Source: Candidatus Gastranaerophilales bacterium
GTDB taxonomy: Bacteria > Cyanobacteriota > Vampirovibrionia > Gastranaerophilales > Gastranaerophilaceae
Assembly (NCBI GenBank): GCA_947587605.1
Contig: CANPYB010000001.1
Location: forward strand, 1-50,901
Direction of reading: 5' to 3'
DNA: 50,901 nt
Below the pieces are notes generated by a model. The model ran no database searches. It was not told where the DNA came from and was given only the letters and a program-made list of their open reading frames with translations. Shown here piece after piece: positions 37,937 through 47,502 of this stretch. A program made the position numbers and the translations under genes. Each line of letters starts with the position of its first letter. Positions within the stretch are counted from its first letter, which is position 1.

Positions 37937-39082
37937 ATGGAAAAGAAGAAAGAATCATATAAGTTTATTGATTTATTTGCAGGAGCAGGTGGCTTGAGCC
38001 TTGGTTTAGAACAAGCGGGTTTTCAAGTGGCTTTTGCCAATGAAATTAATCCTACATGCGCTGAAACATATTTGTATAATAGAAATTTATCTAGTGACCA
38101 AATTTTTGTTGGTGATATAAATGACCTTATAAAAAACATTAATAAATATAAAAAGTATTTTAATGATGTTTCTTTGGTATGCGGTGGTCCCCCCTGTCAA
38201 GGCTTTTCCATGGCGAACAGGCAGAGATTAATAGATGACCCCAGAAACAAATTATATAAAAGTTATTTAGAATTTTTGAGTAACATTGTGCCTAAATTTT
38301 TTATTATGGAGAATGTTAAAGGCATGGCAAATAAAATTGATGAGATATTAGAAGATTTTCACAATCAACTTGGAAATCAATATAATATTGAATATAGAAT
38401 ACTTAATGCAAAAGACTTTGGAATTCCGCAAAATAGAGAACGTCTTTTTATTATTGGTAATAGAATTGGAATTAAGTCAAAAGATATATTTGATGAAGTT
38501 GAATTATATAAAGTTGTTGATCAAGTAACTTTAGGTAATGCTATTTTAGATTTACCAAAATTAAAACCTAATAAATTAAAAAATAATACGGATTATGAGG
38601 ATGATGATTGCGGATATTTTGAAAAAAATTATAACTATACAAAAACTAATTTTTATAATTTTATAAATAATGGTCGAACTATAACAAAGTTATATAATCA
38701 CAAAAGCAGATATAATAATGAAAGAGATATAAAAATATTCGGGTTGTTACCGCAAGGTTGTAATTCTCTTCATGAATCTATAAAAGATATTATGCCTTAT
38801 CAAAGCAGAAATAATATTTTCAAAGATAAATATTTTAAACTGTCTGAAAATAACATTTGTAAAACAATCACATCTCATATGAAATTTGACTGTAACATGT
38901 ACATTCACCCAACACAAGCAAGAGGTTTATCTCCAAGAGAGGCAGCACGAGTGCAAACATTTCCTGATGATTATGTCTTTAAAGGTCCTCAAAATAGTTG
39001 GTATATGCAAATTGGCAATGCAGTGCCTGTTAAATTGGCTGAGGTAATAGGAAAATGTATAATAAACAAAATAAAGAATTAA
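37937..39082 (+). CDS. DNA (cytosine-5) methyltransferase 1
   Basis: Motif I DLFAGAGGLSLG, IV GGPPCQGFS, VI ENVKGM, VIII QNRERLFIIG, X QIGNAVPV. Confidence 0.95.
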   Translation: MEKKKESYKFIDLFAGAGGLSLGLEQAGFQVAFANEINPTCAETYLYNRNLSSDQIFVGDINDLIKNINKYKKYFNDVSLVCGGPPCQGFSMANRQRLIDDPRNKLYKSYLEFLSNIVPKFFIMENVKGMANKIDEILEDFHNQLGNQYNIEYRILNAKDFGIPQNRERLFIIGNRIGIKSKDIFDEVELYKVVDQVTLGNAILDLPKLKPNKLKNNTDYEDDDCGYFEKNYNYTKTNFYNFINNGRTITKLYNHKSRYNNERDIKIFGLLPQGCNSLHESIKDIMPYQSRNNIFKDKYFKLSENNICKTITSHMKFDCNMYIHPTQARGLSPREAARVQTFPDDYVFKGPQNSWYMQIGNAVPVKLAEVIGKCIINKIKN

Positions 39083-40164
39083 AACATTTAGAACTATTTG
39101 CAGGAATAGGTGGATTTCGCCTTGCTCTTGAATTACTGGGCAAAGATTTTGGCATTGATATGAATTGTGTCGGTTATTCTGAAATAGATAATTATGCTGC
39201 TCAAAGTTATAAGGCTAATTTTGATACAGATAATAATGTTGAAATTGGGGATATTGTTAGCTTTACAGAAAACAAAAAGAATATAAAAAATTTACAAGAT
39301 TTTTCTTTATTGACAGGGGGATTTCCTTGTCAAGCATTTAGTATGATGGGATTACAAAAGGGATTTAAAGACTTACGCGGAAATGTATTTTTTAAGATAA
39401 TTGATATTCTAAATGAAAAACATCCTAAAATGATTTTATTAGAAAATGTTAGAAATTTAATTTCTCATAATAAAGGTGAAACATTTAAAACCATAGTAAA
39501 TCTAATTAGGAATACCGGATATAATGTTTATTTTGATGTTTTTAATACAAATAATTTTGGATTAGCTCAAACAAGAAATCGTGTATTTATATTGGCTTTC
39601 CGAAAAGATTTAAATATACCGAGAGATTTTGATTTTACTCAAGAAATTGTTAAAATATCGTTTGATAGGATAAAAACAAAAACTTCATTACAGCTACAAA
39701 ACAATGTTTTAGATGTATTAGAAAAGAATGTAGAAGACAAATATTATATTTCGGAGATACTAAAACCAACTATATTGTCAAATGGGACAAAAAACTTTTC
39801 AAGTAAATCAGAAATAAATCCTATAATCGCGAAACCACTTACTGCTACTATGGTAAAAATGCATAGAGCCTGCCAAGATAACTATTTTAGTGATGATTTT
39901 ATTCATTGCAAAAATCCAATCAAATATAAAGAAAAAGAATATACAATGGAGCAGTTATTAAAGAAAAGGATAAGAAAAATCACTCCGCTTGAAGCACTAA
40001 ATTTTCAAGGTTTTCCTAAGTCATATTGCGTAAATGCACAAAAAACGGGTGTTAGTAACCATCAATTGTACAAACAAGCAGGAAATGCAGTTAGTGTCAA
40101 CACTGTATATGCAATATTATATTATTTACTTATTGAAAAGGATGTATTGGAATTTAAATCATGA
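39055..40164 (+). CDS. DNA (cytosine-5) methyltransferase 2
   Basis: Motif I ELFAGIGGFRLA, IV GGFPCQAFS, VI ENVRNL, VIII QTRNRVFILA, X QAGNAVSV. 28-nt overlap with methyltransferase 1. Confidence 0.95.
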   Translation: MYNKQNKELKHLELFAGIGGFRLALELLGKDFGIDMNCVGYSEIDNYAAQSYKANFDTDNNVEIGDIVSFTENKKNIKNLQDFSLLTGGFPCQAFSMMGLQKGFKDLRGNVFFKIIDILNEKHPKMILLENVRNLISHNKGETFKTIVNLIRNTGYNVYFDVFNTNNFGLAQTRNRVFILAFRKDLNIPRDFDFTQEIVKISFDRIKTKTSLQLQNNVLDVLEKNVEDKYYISEILKPTILSNGTKNFSSKSEINPIIAKPLTATMVKMHRACQDNYFSDDFIHCKNPIKYKEKEYTMEQLLKKRIRKITPLEALNFQGFPKSYCVNAQKTGVSNHQLYKQAGNAVSVNTVYAILYYLLIEKDVLEFKS

Positions 40165-41267
40165 TGGATAACTTTTTTAAATTGCACAATGAAAAAATAA
40201 TAGGTTTTAAGGCATTAACATATGCAGATTTGGGGAAAAGTAGTACAAGTAACCAAACTCATATAGGTTTATTTGATGATGTATTAACTTTTTTGCCTAA
40301 TCAGCCAATTGTTGAAGATATGGCAATGTTTATCTATAATTCAAAAGCAGATATTTTGAGTTTAAATTTTGATAGAATAGAGAATAAAGACGGTTCTTTT
40401 AGAAGTCCTAAAATAAGAATTGGAGGAAGAAATACAGTATCAATTGTTTCTACCATAAGAAGTATTGCACGAGAATCAGATGATTCTTTGACGTGGTACT
40501 TATTTTGGTTCGGTTTAGAAAGTGAACAGGCTGTTTTTTGGTTATTTAACAATATGTCCCAAACATATGCAGATATTACTAATTTGGGATTATCTTTGAA
40601 TTACAATTCAAAAGGACGTCTTACTGAAAGGGATTCAATATTTAATAAAATACTTTTATATATAGAAAGTGATATAGATAGATCTACCGAAAGTGTTATG
40701 CGAGAATTAGAGATAGAAACACAAATTCCCGGTAAATTAATCACTGAACGAAAAATAAGAAAATATGATGTTCATAGAGCTCAAAAATTGTTTACCGAAA
40801 TAGGTAAACAAGGAGAAGAATTTGTTGCAGAATATTTTGATAAATTGAAATATAATAATCAAATTAAAAATTATAGTTGGCTAAATAAATCATCAGAAAG
40901 TGGGTTCCCGTATGATTTTTATTATCAAGATTTATCAGATAATGTTATATATTTAGATGTAAAGACAACAAAATTTGATTTTAAACAAAGAATTATATAC
41001 AGCAATAAGGAAATAGAATTTGCACTATCATTGCCAAATAATTGCTACAATATATATCGAGTTTATAATTTAACAGAAATAAATGCAAATTTGCGTATAT
41101 GTAGAAATTGTGCAAATTATTTTAATTCAATAAATGGAAATATTTTAACAATTCAAAGAAATCTAAATAGTATCAATACGGATATTCAATCAATAAGTAT
41201 TTCATTTGAACCTACCGTATCTAATCTTGAATTTGATACAGAAATTTTATTAGAAAAAAACAATTAA
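40161..41267 (+). CDS. putative restriction endonuclease with C-terminal DUF3883-like PD-(D/E)XK domain
   Basis: ATGA overlap with methyltransferase 2. The C-terminus GKQGEEFVAEYF...GFPYDFYY...IYLDVKTT...SNKEIEFA...YNIYRVYNL fits the DUF3883 pattern. Confidence 0.6.
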   Translation: MMDNFFKLHNEKIIGFKALTYADLGKSSTSNQTHIGLFDDVLTFLPNQPIVEDMAMFIYNSKADILSLNFDRIENKDGSFRSPKIRIGGRNTVSIVSTIRSIARESDDSLTWYLFWFGLESEQAVFWLFNNMSQTYADITNLGLSLNYNSKGRLTERDSIFNKILLYIESDIDRSTESVMRELEIETQIPGKLITERKIRKYDVHRAQKLFTEIGKQGEEFVAEYFDKLKYNNQIKNYSWLNKSSESGFPYDFYYQDLSDNVIYLDVKTTKFDFKQRIIYSNKEIEFALSLPNNCYNIYRVYNLTEINANLRICRNCANYFNSINGNILTIQRNLNSINTDIQSISISFEPTVSNLEFDTEILLEKNN

Positions 41268-41340
41268 TAAATTATAACTAATTTTTCTCATAAAACTTAA
41301 CCAAGTATAAAATTTTTAAACTACATAACATTCAAAAAAT

Positions 41341-41357
41341 AAACCCGTCTGTTCAAC
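41341..41357. repeat. right copy of the 17-bp direct repeat, immediately downstream of tRNA-Ser
   Basis: aaacccgtctgttcaac. On the minus strand it is part of a hairpin plus T-run following the tRNA. Confidence 0.7.
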
Positions 41358-41373
41358 CCGGGCGGATTAAAAA

Positions 41374-41460
41374 CGGAGAAGGGGGGATTCGAACCCCCGG
41401 CAGAGTTGCCCCTGCACAAACGTTCCAGGTTTGCACCTTAAACCACTCGGACACCTCTCC
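41374..41460 (-). tRNA. tRNA-Ser (anticodon GGA)
   Basis: 87 nt. Acceptor ggagagg/cttctcc, anticodon loop ctggaac, long variable arm, T arm ggggg-ttcgaat-ccccc. Confidence 0.9.
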
Positions 41461-41536
41461 GTATAGGTTTAATCTATTTTAACGGATTAAATCTTTATTG
41501 TAAATACAAATTTTTACTTTTTTGTATAATTATTTT

Positions 41537-43282
41537 ATGAAGAAAATTTTTTACTCTTTATTATTTTGTTTATTGATTTTTTCACTGATTTTTGTTTATG
41601 AAGTGAAATCGTCTTACCGTGTTTTTAAAATTGTTTCACCTATTGAAATTTTTATTGATTTTAATAAAAACGATATATTTGATGAACAATCACCTTATAT
41701 TGTTAATAATATTTTTTATATTGATAAAAATAAGGATTTATCAAAATACAGCGAATTTTCTTCTCTTTCTCAAAAAGAAATAATTTTTCTTGATTACTAT
41801 GCTCATTTAACTTCACAAAACTTGCTAAAGAATAAATTTGTTAAAATTGAAGATAACAATATAATTATTAATAATAAAAAGTATTCCGATGTTCTTATTA
41901 AATCGGGATTTTTCTATGATAACTCGGCTGTATCAAGAGCAAATCTTGTTAAAAAAGTTAAGACAATTGATTTAAACAATTACGTTCTTTATAATACTAA
42001 GTCAAAAAAATATCACAGTCTTGATTGTGAAAATATATATAAAATTAAAAATTATAAAATTGTTAAAAAGTCTTTTATTAACGACAAATTTGTTCCTTGT
42101 AAAAATTGTATTTTAAATAATGCAGAAAAAACTGACACAAAAAAAATAACAGCTGACTTTAACGAGTCTATAACAAAAGGCTGTTTGACTGTTTATTTCT
42201 TAGATTTGAATAAAATAATGACACCGTCATATAAATGCAATACAAGTGCTTGTTTAGCACTTAAAAAGGAAATAGACGGTGCGAAATATTCTATTGATTT
42301 TGCAATATACGGTATAGAAAATCAAAGCGAGATTTTTAATGCACTTGTTAAAGCAAAAAATCGCGGAGTAAAAATAAGGTGGGTTACTGATTTTAATAAA
42401 AAGGACGGTTCTATATATAAAGATACGTATAAACTTCAAAATTTACTGCCTTGTTTTAATTCGGATAAAAATTATGATTTAAGTAATCAGTCAGCAATAA
42501 TGCACAATAAATTTTTTATATTTGATAATCAAAAGGTATATACAGGCAGTGCCAATATTACATCTACAGGCTTAACGGGTTTTAATGCCAATTATGCCAT
42601 TTTAATTAATTCTAAACAGGCGGCAGAAATATATAAAAAAGAATTTGAGCAAATGTATAACGGCAAATTTCATAAATTGAAATCTGCAATATTAAACAAA
42701 TCTGTTTCAATTGATAAATCAGATTATTTTAATATTTATTTTTCGCCTCAAGATAAAATAATTACGTCAAAAATTATTCCTTTAATCAGATGTGCAAAAA
42801 ATTATATTTATGTTCCTGTATTTTTTATTACAAAAAAAGAACTTGCAGATGAACTTATAAAGGCACATTCACGCGGAGTTGATGTAAAAGTTATTAATGA
42901 TGCTACAAATTCTCATACTAAATATTCAATACATAAACAGCTTAGAAGTGCAGGGATTAAAGTTAAAACTGAAAATTATGCGGGTAAAATGCACACTAAG
43001 GCTGTAATTATAGATGATAAATATTCAATTATCGGTTCTATGAATTTAACAAACAGCGGTGAAAATAAAAATGATGAAAATGTTATTATTATTAATGATA
43101 AAGATATTGCTTTATATATGAAAAAGACTTTCCTTTATTTATGGAATAAAATCCCCAAAAAATACGAAACTTTTGACCCGAGAGCTGAATCAACAGAGTC
43201 AATCGGTTCCTGTTTTGACGGAATTGACAATAATTTTGACGGTAAAATTGATAAAGAAGATGAGGGCTGTAAAATTAAATAA
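41537..43282 (+). CDS. membrane-anchored phospholipase D-family protein (two HKD motifs) with extra Cys motifs
   Basis: HKD motifs MHNKFFIFD...GSANIT and MHTKAVIID...GSMNLT. Also an N-terminal TM, YHSLDC...FVPCKNC and a C-terminal CFDGIDNNFDGKIDKEDEGC. Confidence 0.8.
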   Translation: MKKIFYSLLFCLLIFSLIFVYEVKSSYRVFKIVSPIEIFIDFNKNDIFDEQSPYIVNNIFYIDKNKDLSKYSEFSSLSQKEIIFLDYYAHLTSQNLLKNKFVKIEDNNIIINNKKYSDVLIKSGFFYDNSAVSRANLVKKVKTIDLNNYVLYNTKSKKYHSLDCENIYKIKNYKIVKKSFINDKFVPCKNCILNNAEKTDTKKITADFNESITKGCLTVYFLDLNKIMTPSYKCNTSACLALKKEIDGAKYSIDFAIYGIENQSEIFNALVKAKNRGVKIRWVTDFNKKDGSIYKDTYKLQNLLPCFNSDKNYDLSNQSAIMHNKFFIFDNQKVYTGSANITSTGLTGFNANYAILINSKQAAEIYKKEFEQMYNGKFHKLKSAILNKSVSIDKSDYFNIYFSPQDKIITSKIIPLIRCAKNYIYVPVFFITKKELADELIKAHSRGVDVKVINDATNSHTKYSIHKQLRSAGIKVKTENYAGKMHTKAVIIDDKYSIIGSMNLTNSGENKNDENVIIINDKDIALYMKKTFLYLWNKIPKKYETFDPRAESTESIGSCFDGIDNNFDGKIDKEDEGCKIK

Positions 43283-43284
43283 TT

Positions 43285-45582
43285 TTATACTTTTTCAAGC
43301 CCCTTTGTATATTTTTTGTAATTTTTCTTCTTTTCTTTTTTAGCTTTTTTCTTTTCTTTACTTTCTTGATTAGGATTATTAATTACTGCTTTGTTAAATT
43401 CAATATCTGAATCTTTTGTACCTACAAGCATTGAAAGAACAAACATTGTATTTTTTCTGAGAACATCGTAACCAAGAGTTAATTTTGCATAATCAGGCCC
43501 GATGCTCAGCAAAATTCTGTTTTCTTGCAATATATCATCAGACTTAACATCCCTGTTCATTGCAGCCGAACCTAAATATCCTAAAGAAAGATATTTATTA
43601 ACTTTCAAGTTTTCAATAAGAACAAGGTTAGAACGACCATATCTGTATCTGTCGAAATCGAAAGGAGATTGGCCTGCAATTGCGCTTTGGTAATAAATTA
43701 ATGATTGACGCCAAGGACCTATTCTGCTTTGAATAGCAGGACCTATTCTAAATAATCCCATAACATCACCTGTTGTATACACAGTGGCAGCTGTTTGAGC
43801 GATTAATGCCGTTTTAAATGCAACATTTCCTTCTTCATTTTCATAAATTGTTATAGGTTTATATGATTGAGTCATCCACCTGAATCTGCCTTCGGCATCA
43901 CCTATATCTCTTTTAACAGATGGCAAATAATCTACATAAGCACCTGCCGAATACATTTGTGAAAAATTCATTTTTAAATCTTTTACATAGTCATCACGTC
44001 TGTAGTTAAGGGCTAATGAATACTTGGGCTTTCTGTAACCGTTAAACCATTCGGTTTCATTTGTTAATCTTGAATAATTTAAAAATAGTCCGGGAGCTAA
44101 TTTATGTCTGCCTCGGATTAATAATTCTTCTCTGGAAGTACCGTAAGCAGCTTCTGTCATATTATTTTCATTACGAAATCTTGCTATACCGCCTATACCG
44201 AATTTATCATCGTCATAAGTTACAAGCGGTGCCAATTTTAAGGTTGAACCGCCGGGAACATTTAGTACCACGGCAGGACCTATGTGAGCTCCCAGCATAT
44301 TTACAACACCAAATTCCGGAATGTTTGATTCCAAACTTGTATGAGATTTGTTTGAAACAATTTTTGCCGACGGAATTTTTGCTATTCGAAAGTTCTTTAA
44401 ATATAAATCTGCATTTTTTACTGTTATAACTTCGTGATCTTCTTTTGTATCTATGTTTATGGTGTTTGCTTTTATTGAATAAACTCCGCTTTCTGTATTT
44501 TCAAGTTTTTCTCTATATGCCTCACCTGCAAATATGTTACTTTGGTCAACATACCCCTCAAATGTAGTTGCCCCGAATTGGATTTTTTCATTCTTTAATA
44601 TTTTCGCAACACCCTCATATTCTTCAATTTTATCAGAGTATATAAATGCTTCTTTTGCACTTAATTTAATATCGGCTGTCTTTGATAGGGGATTTTCTAT
44701 CCAGCCTTCGGGTTTATTTAAGTCAAGTTTTATAAAATCGCCCTCTGTTTTGCCGTCATTAGTAATTAATTCAACATTTTCCCTTGCTCTTAAAACATTT
44801 CTGTCATAGTTAAATACAATTTTATGAGCTTTTAGAATAGTGTTTTGTTTTTTAAAATCTACTTTCGCATTTCCGACGGCTTCAACTTCATACCTGTCGG
44901 GGAAGTATTCCATATAATCAGCACTAAGTTCAACGTCGTGAAGTATATTCCCCTCATTTTCCTTAGTGTTTTGTTTCGCTTTTTTATGGAACGGCCAGAA
45001 ATACTTATATAAAAATGCAAAAGGATCTGCATCTTTCGGCAGCATATCCCGTTCTTTTTTCTTTTCTTCTTTATCAAGTTGGTTTGCTAAATCTGCATTA
45101 TCCTTATATTTTGCAGTTACAAATTGGTCTTTTCCTTTTTTTATTGGTTTATCAGGAGTTTCACCCGGTAATATCCCTTTTATGGCTTGTTTTTCTTTAT
45201 CATCTTTTACGGTTCCAAAAACTTTTGGTTGAACTTTTGCAGGTTCAAGCAAATTAAGTTCTACTTCTACGGGTTCTTCGTATACTTTATTAACCTGTTC
45301 TTGAGGTTCTTCAATTGTATTTTGTTGTTCTTCTTTTTTGTTATTTGATTTTTTTTGAATTTCTTTTAATTTCTTTTTTTCCGCCTTTTCTGCTTTTTTT
45401 CTTTTTATTAATTTAACCAAACTTTCATCTGTTGCTGATTCATCTTCGTTTATATATGCAGGATTAAGTGAAGAATAAAACGGATCCATTCCCAGTTCGG
45501 GATAGTAATCGGCGGCGGATGCAATATTCTTTGCAACGGCAATTGTTATTATTAAAAATATTATTATTACTTTTATTTTCAC
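43285..45582 (-). CDS. LptD/OstA-like outer-membrane protein with Lys/Glu-rich low-complexity regions
   Basis: Signal peptide and an OstA-like N-terminal segment (EVEAVGNAKVDFKKQNTILKAHKIVFNYDRNVLRARENVEL), then a long beta-rich C-terminal region. Confidence 0.5.
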   Translation of the reverse strand: MKIKVIIIFLIITIAVAKNIASAADYYPELGMDPFYSSLNPAYINEDESATDESLVKLIKRKKAEKAEKKKLKEIQKKSNNKKEEQQNTIEEPQEQVNKVYEEPVEVELNLLEPAKVQPKVFGTVKDDKEKQAIKGILPGETPDKPIKKGKDQFVTAKYKDNADLANQLDKEEKKKERDMLPKDADPFAFLYKYFWPFHKKAKQNTKENEGNILHDVELSADYMEYFPDRYEVEAVGNAKVDFKKQNTILKAHKIVFNYDRNVLRARENVELITNDGKTEGDFIKLDLNKPEGWIENPLSKTADIKLSAKEAFIYSDKIEEYEGVAKILKNEKIQFGATTFEGYVDQSNIFAGEAYREKLENTESGVYSIKANTINIDTKEDHEVITVKNADLYLKNFRIAKIPSAKIVSNKSHTSLESNIPEFGVVNMLGAHIGPAVVLNVPGGSTLKLAPLVTYDDDKFGIGGIARFRNENNMTEAAYGTSREELLIRGRHKLAPGLFLNYSRLTNETEWFNGYRKPKYSLALNYRRDDYVKDLKMNFSQMYSAGAYVDYLPSVKRDIGDAEGRFRWMTQSYKPITIYENEEGNVAFKTALIAQTAATVYTTGDVMGLFRIGPAIQSRIGPWRQSLIYYQSAIAGQSPFDFDRYRYGRSNLVLIENLKVNKYLSLGYLGSAAMNRDVKSDDILQENRILLSIGPDYAKLTLGYDVLRKNTMFVLSMLVGTKDSDIEFNKAVINNPNQESKEKKKAKKEKKKNYKKYTKGLEKV

Positions 45583-45593
45583 TGTGTTATCCT

Positions 45594-46718
45594 TTACAGA
45601 TAGTTGTTCGGGTTTTTCGGTTTACCGTTTATTCTGACTTCAAAGTGTACATGAGGTCCCGTTGAGTATCCTGTCGAGCCGGATAGCCCTATTGTTTGTC
45701 CTCTTGTAACATTTTGTCCTGCAGATACTTTTGGCTGTGACATGTGGGCATATAGTGTTGTAGTAGGAGCCCCCGTACAGTTTCCGTGGTCTATTATTAC
45801 AACTTTACCATATCCGCCGTACCAGCCCGAGTATATTACTTTTCCGGAGTTGGATGCTTTTATCGGTGTGCCCATAGGCACTGCATAATCTATCCCTGTG
45901 TGGAATATTTTTGATTTGAATATCGGATGTGTTCTCCAACCGAAAGGTGATGAAATCCTGCCATGGACAGGAAGTATAAATCCGCTTCCTACAACAACTC
46001 CGCTGTTTTTTGTAGATTTTGAGATTAATGATGCTAATCTGTCAGATTCTCGTTTCAGTTGTCTTTCAGATTTTTCATAAGCTCTTTTATCCTTTTGGAT
46101 TTTTTCAAGCATTACTTTGTTTTGGTTAATTGTTGTTTTTATATTGGCATTTTCTTTATCTATTGTTTTTATTATGCTTGAAAGTTGTATTTTTTCACGT
46201 TCCAAATCTCTTTTCAAATATGCTATCTGTCTTGCTTCTTTTTGCAAATTGCTCATTTTTTCTTTATCAGATTGAATTATAAGGTTTTGATAGTATATTC
46301 TGTCTAAGAATTGGCTTATACTGTTAGTGGTCAACAATAATTCAAGCACCATTGTATGATTTGTTTTATATATTCTTCTTAATCGTTCCGCAGTTTTTCT
46401 TTGTCTGATGTTGTACTGTTTTAAATAGGTATCAAGCTCGTTTTGAAGATTTTTTATATTCTTTTGTTTTTTTACATACTGTTCTTGTGAGACTTTTAAT
46501 GCCTTTTCATTTCTTTCCAGCTTTTGCTGATTTTTACTGAGTTTATTTGATACCTGCCATTCCTGTTTCTTTAAGATATTTATTTTGTTTCTGATTTGTT
46601 TCCTTTGAACTTCAACCTGTTTCTTTTGCTGCAGATTATCGGCATAGCAATTATTTGCCATTACTGCCGTAATGACAAATATAAATAATATTGCGGTTAA
46701 TCTTTTCAACTTCAACAT
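45594..46718 (-). CDS. M23-family peptidase with N-terminal coiled coil (EnvC-like)
   Basis: HTGIDYAVPMGTPI, LYAHMS and GSTGYSTGPHVHFEV. A long coiled coil follows the signal peptide. Confidence 0.85.
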   Translation of the reverse strand: MLKLKRLTAILFIFVITAVMANNCYADNLQQKKQVEVQRKQIRNKINILKKQEWQVSNKLSKNQQKLERNEKALKVSQEQYVKKQKNIKNLQNELDTYLKQYNIRQRKTAERLRRIYKTNHTMVLELLLTTNSISQFLDRIYYQNLIIQSDKEKMSNLQKEARQIAYLKRDLEREKIQLSSIIKTIDKENANIKTTINQNKVMLEKIQKDKRAYEKSERQLKRESDRLASLISKSTKNSGVVVGSGFILPVHGRISSPFGWRTHPIFKSKIFHTGIDYAVPMGTPIKASNSGKVIYSGWYGGYGKVVIIDHGNCTGAPTTTLYAHMSQPKVSAGQNVTRGQTIGLSGSTGYSTGPHVHFEVRINGKPKNPNNYL

Positions 46719-46731
46719 TATTTATTCCGTT

Positions 46732-46830
46732 TTATCTGACCATGAAAAACATTATGCTGAATGTCCAAAGTAAAAAACATAGTGTTATTACTGATATTAT
46801 TAGTTTTCTGTTTTTTCTGAAAAATTCCAT
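46732..46830 (-). CDS. possible 32-aa small membrane protein (below the track threshold)
   Basis: Hand translation MEFFRKNRKLIISVITLCFLLWTFSIMFFMVR. RBS gggga lies 8 nt upstream, and the ORF ends 13 nt before the M23 gene. Confidence 0.25.
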   Translation of the reverse strand: MEFFRKNRKLIISVITLCFLLWTFSIMFFMVR

Positions 46831-46914
46831 AGTATATCCCCAATAGTATTACTACTTTATTATAATTTTACTCTAAAAATCAAACAAGACAAATATATTA
46901 ACCTTTTTTTTACA

Positions 46915-47442
46915 TTATATTTTATATATTTTTTCATCGGTTACTATATAGTCGGCTTTTTCATCGTATTCGTTCGGATATACGCTGTTGTATATTAATT
47001 CTTCGTATTCTAATATTACTTTTACGGGATTATGCTTTAATGTTTTTAAAAATCTGTCATAATAACCTTTCCCGTAACCTATTCTGTACCCCGATTTATC
47101 TGCACATAGCGCTGGCATGATTATCATATCTATTATTTCTAAATCTTTAATCGGTGGTTTAGAGGGTTCTTTTATTCCGTATTTGTTTTCTTTTAATTCT
47201 TCACAATACGGGCAGACTGTTATGTTTTCATCCTTTATTTTTGGCAGATACCAATTTTTTGTTTTGTCGGAGAAGTAGTCAATTGTCCGAACTTCGTTCC
47301 CGAAAGAGCAGTAGCATAATATGTTTTTTGCTTCTTTATATTCTTTTAGTTTGTATAAGTTATTTTTTATTGCAATGGATTTTTCAGTGCAATTAATTTC
47401 AGCTCTTATTTCTTTTGCTTTTCTTCTGAGTTCATTTTTCAT
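46915..47442 (-). CDS. 5-formyltetrahydrofolate cyclo-ligase
   Basis: 175 aa. The C-terminal signature GYRIGYGKGYYDRFL is typical of MTHFS. Confidence 0.8.
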   Translation of the reverse strand: MKNELRRKAKEIRAEINCTEKSIAIKNNLYKLKEYKEAKNILCYCSFGNEVRTIDYFSDKTKNWYLPKIKDENITVCPYCEELKENKYGIKEPSKPPIKDLEIIDMIIMPALCADKSGYRIGYGKGYYDRFLKTLKHNPVKVILEYEELIYNSVYPNEYDEKADYIVTDEKIYKI

Positions 47443-47460
47443 AGTAATATTTAAGCATAA

Positions 47461-47489
47461 AAAAAGAGGACTGATTTAGTCCTCTTTTT
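47461..47489. terminator. bidirectional rho-independent terminator (serves the phosphorylase gene)
   Basis: aaaaagaggact-gattt-agtcctcttttt. Confidence 0.7.
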
Positions 47490-47502
47490 ATTATCGTATT
47501 TT

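Noticed and set aside
38189-38194. C6 run in methyltransferase 1 as a phase-variation tract
   Set aside because: It is only 6 nt long and simply encodes the invariant Pro-Pro of GGPPCQ.
43285-45582. Lys/Glu-rich stretches of the LptD-like gene as DNA-level tandem repeats or variable-number repeats
   Set aside because: The low complexity is at the amino-acid and composition level (aaa/gaa-rich). I could not find a regular nucleotide repeat unit.
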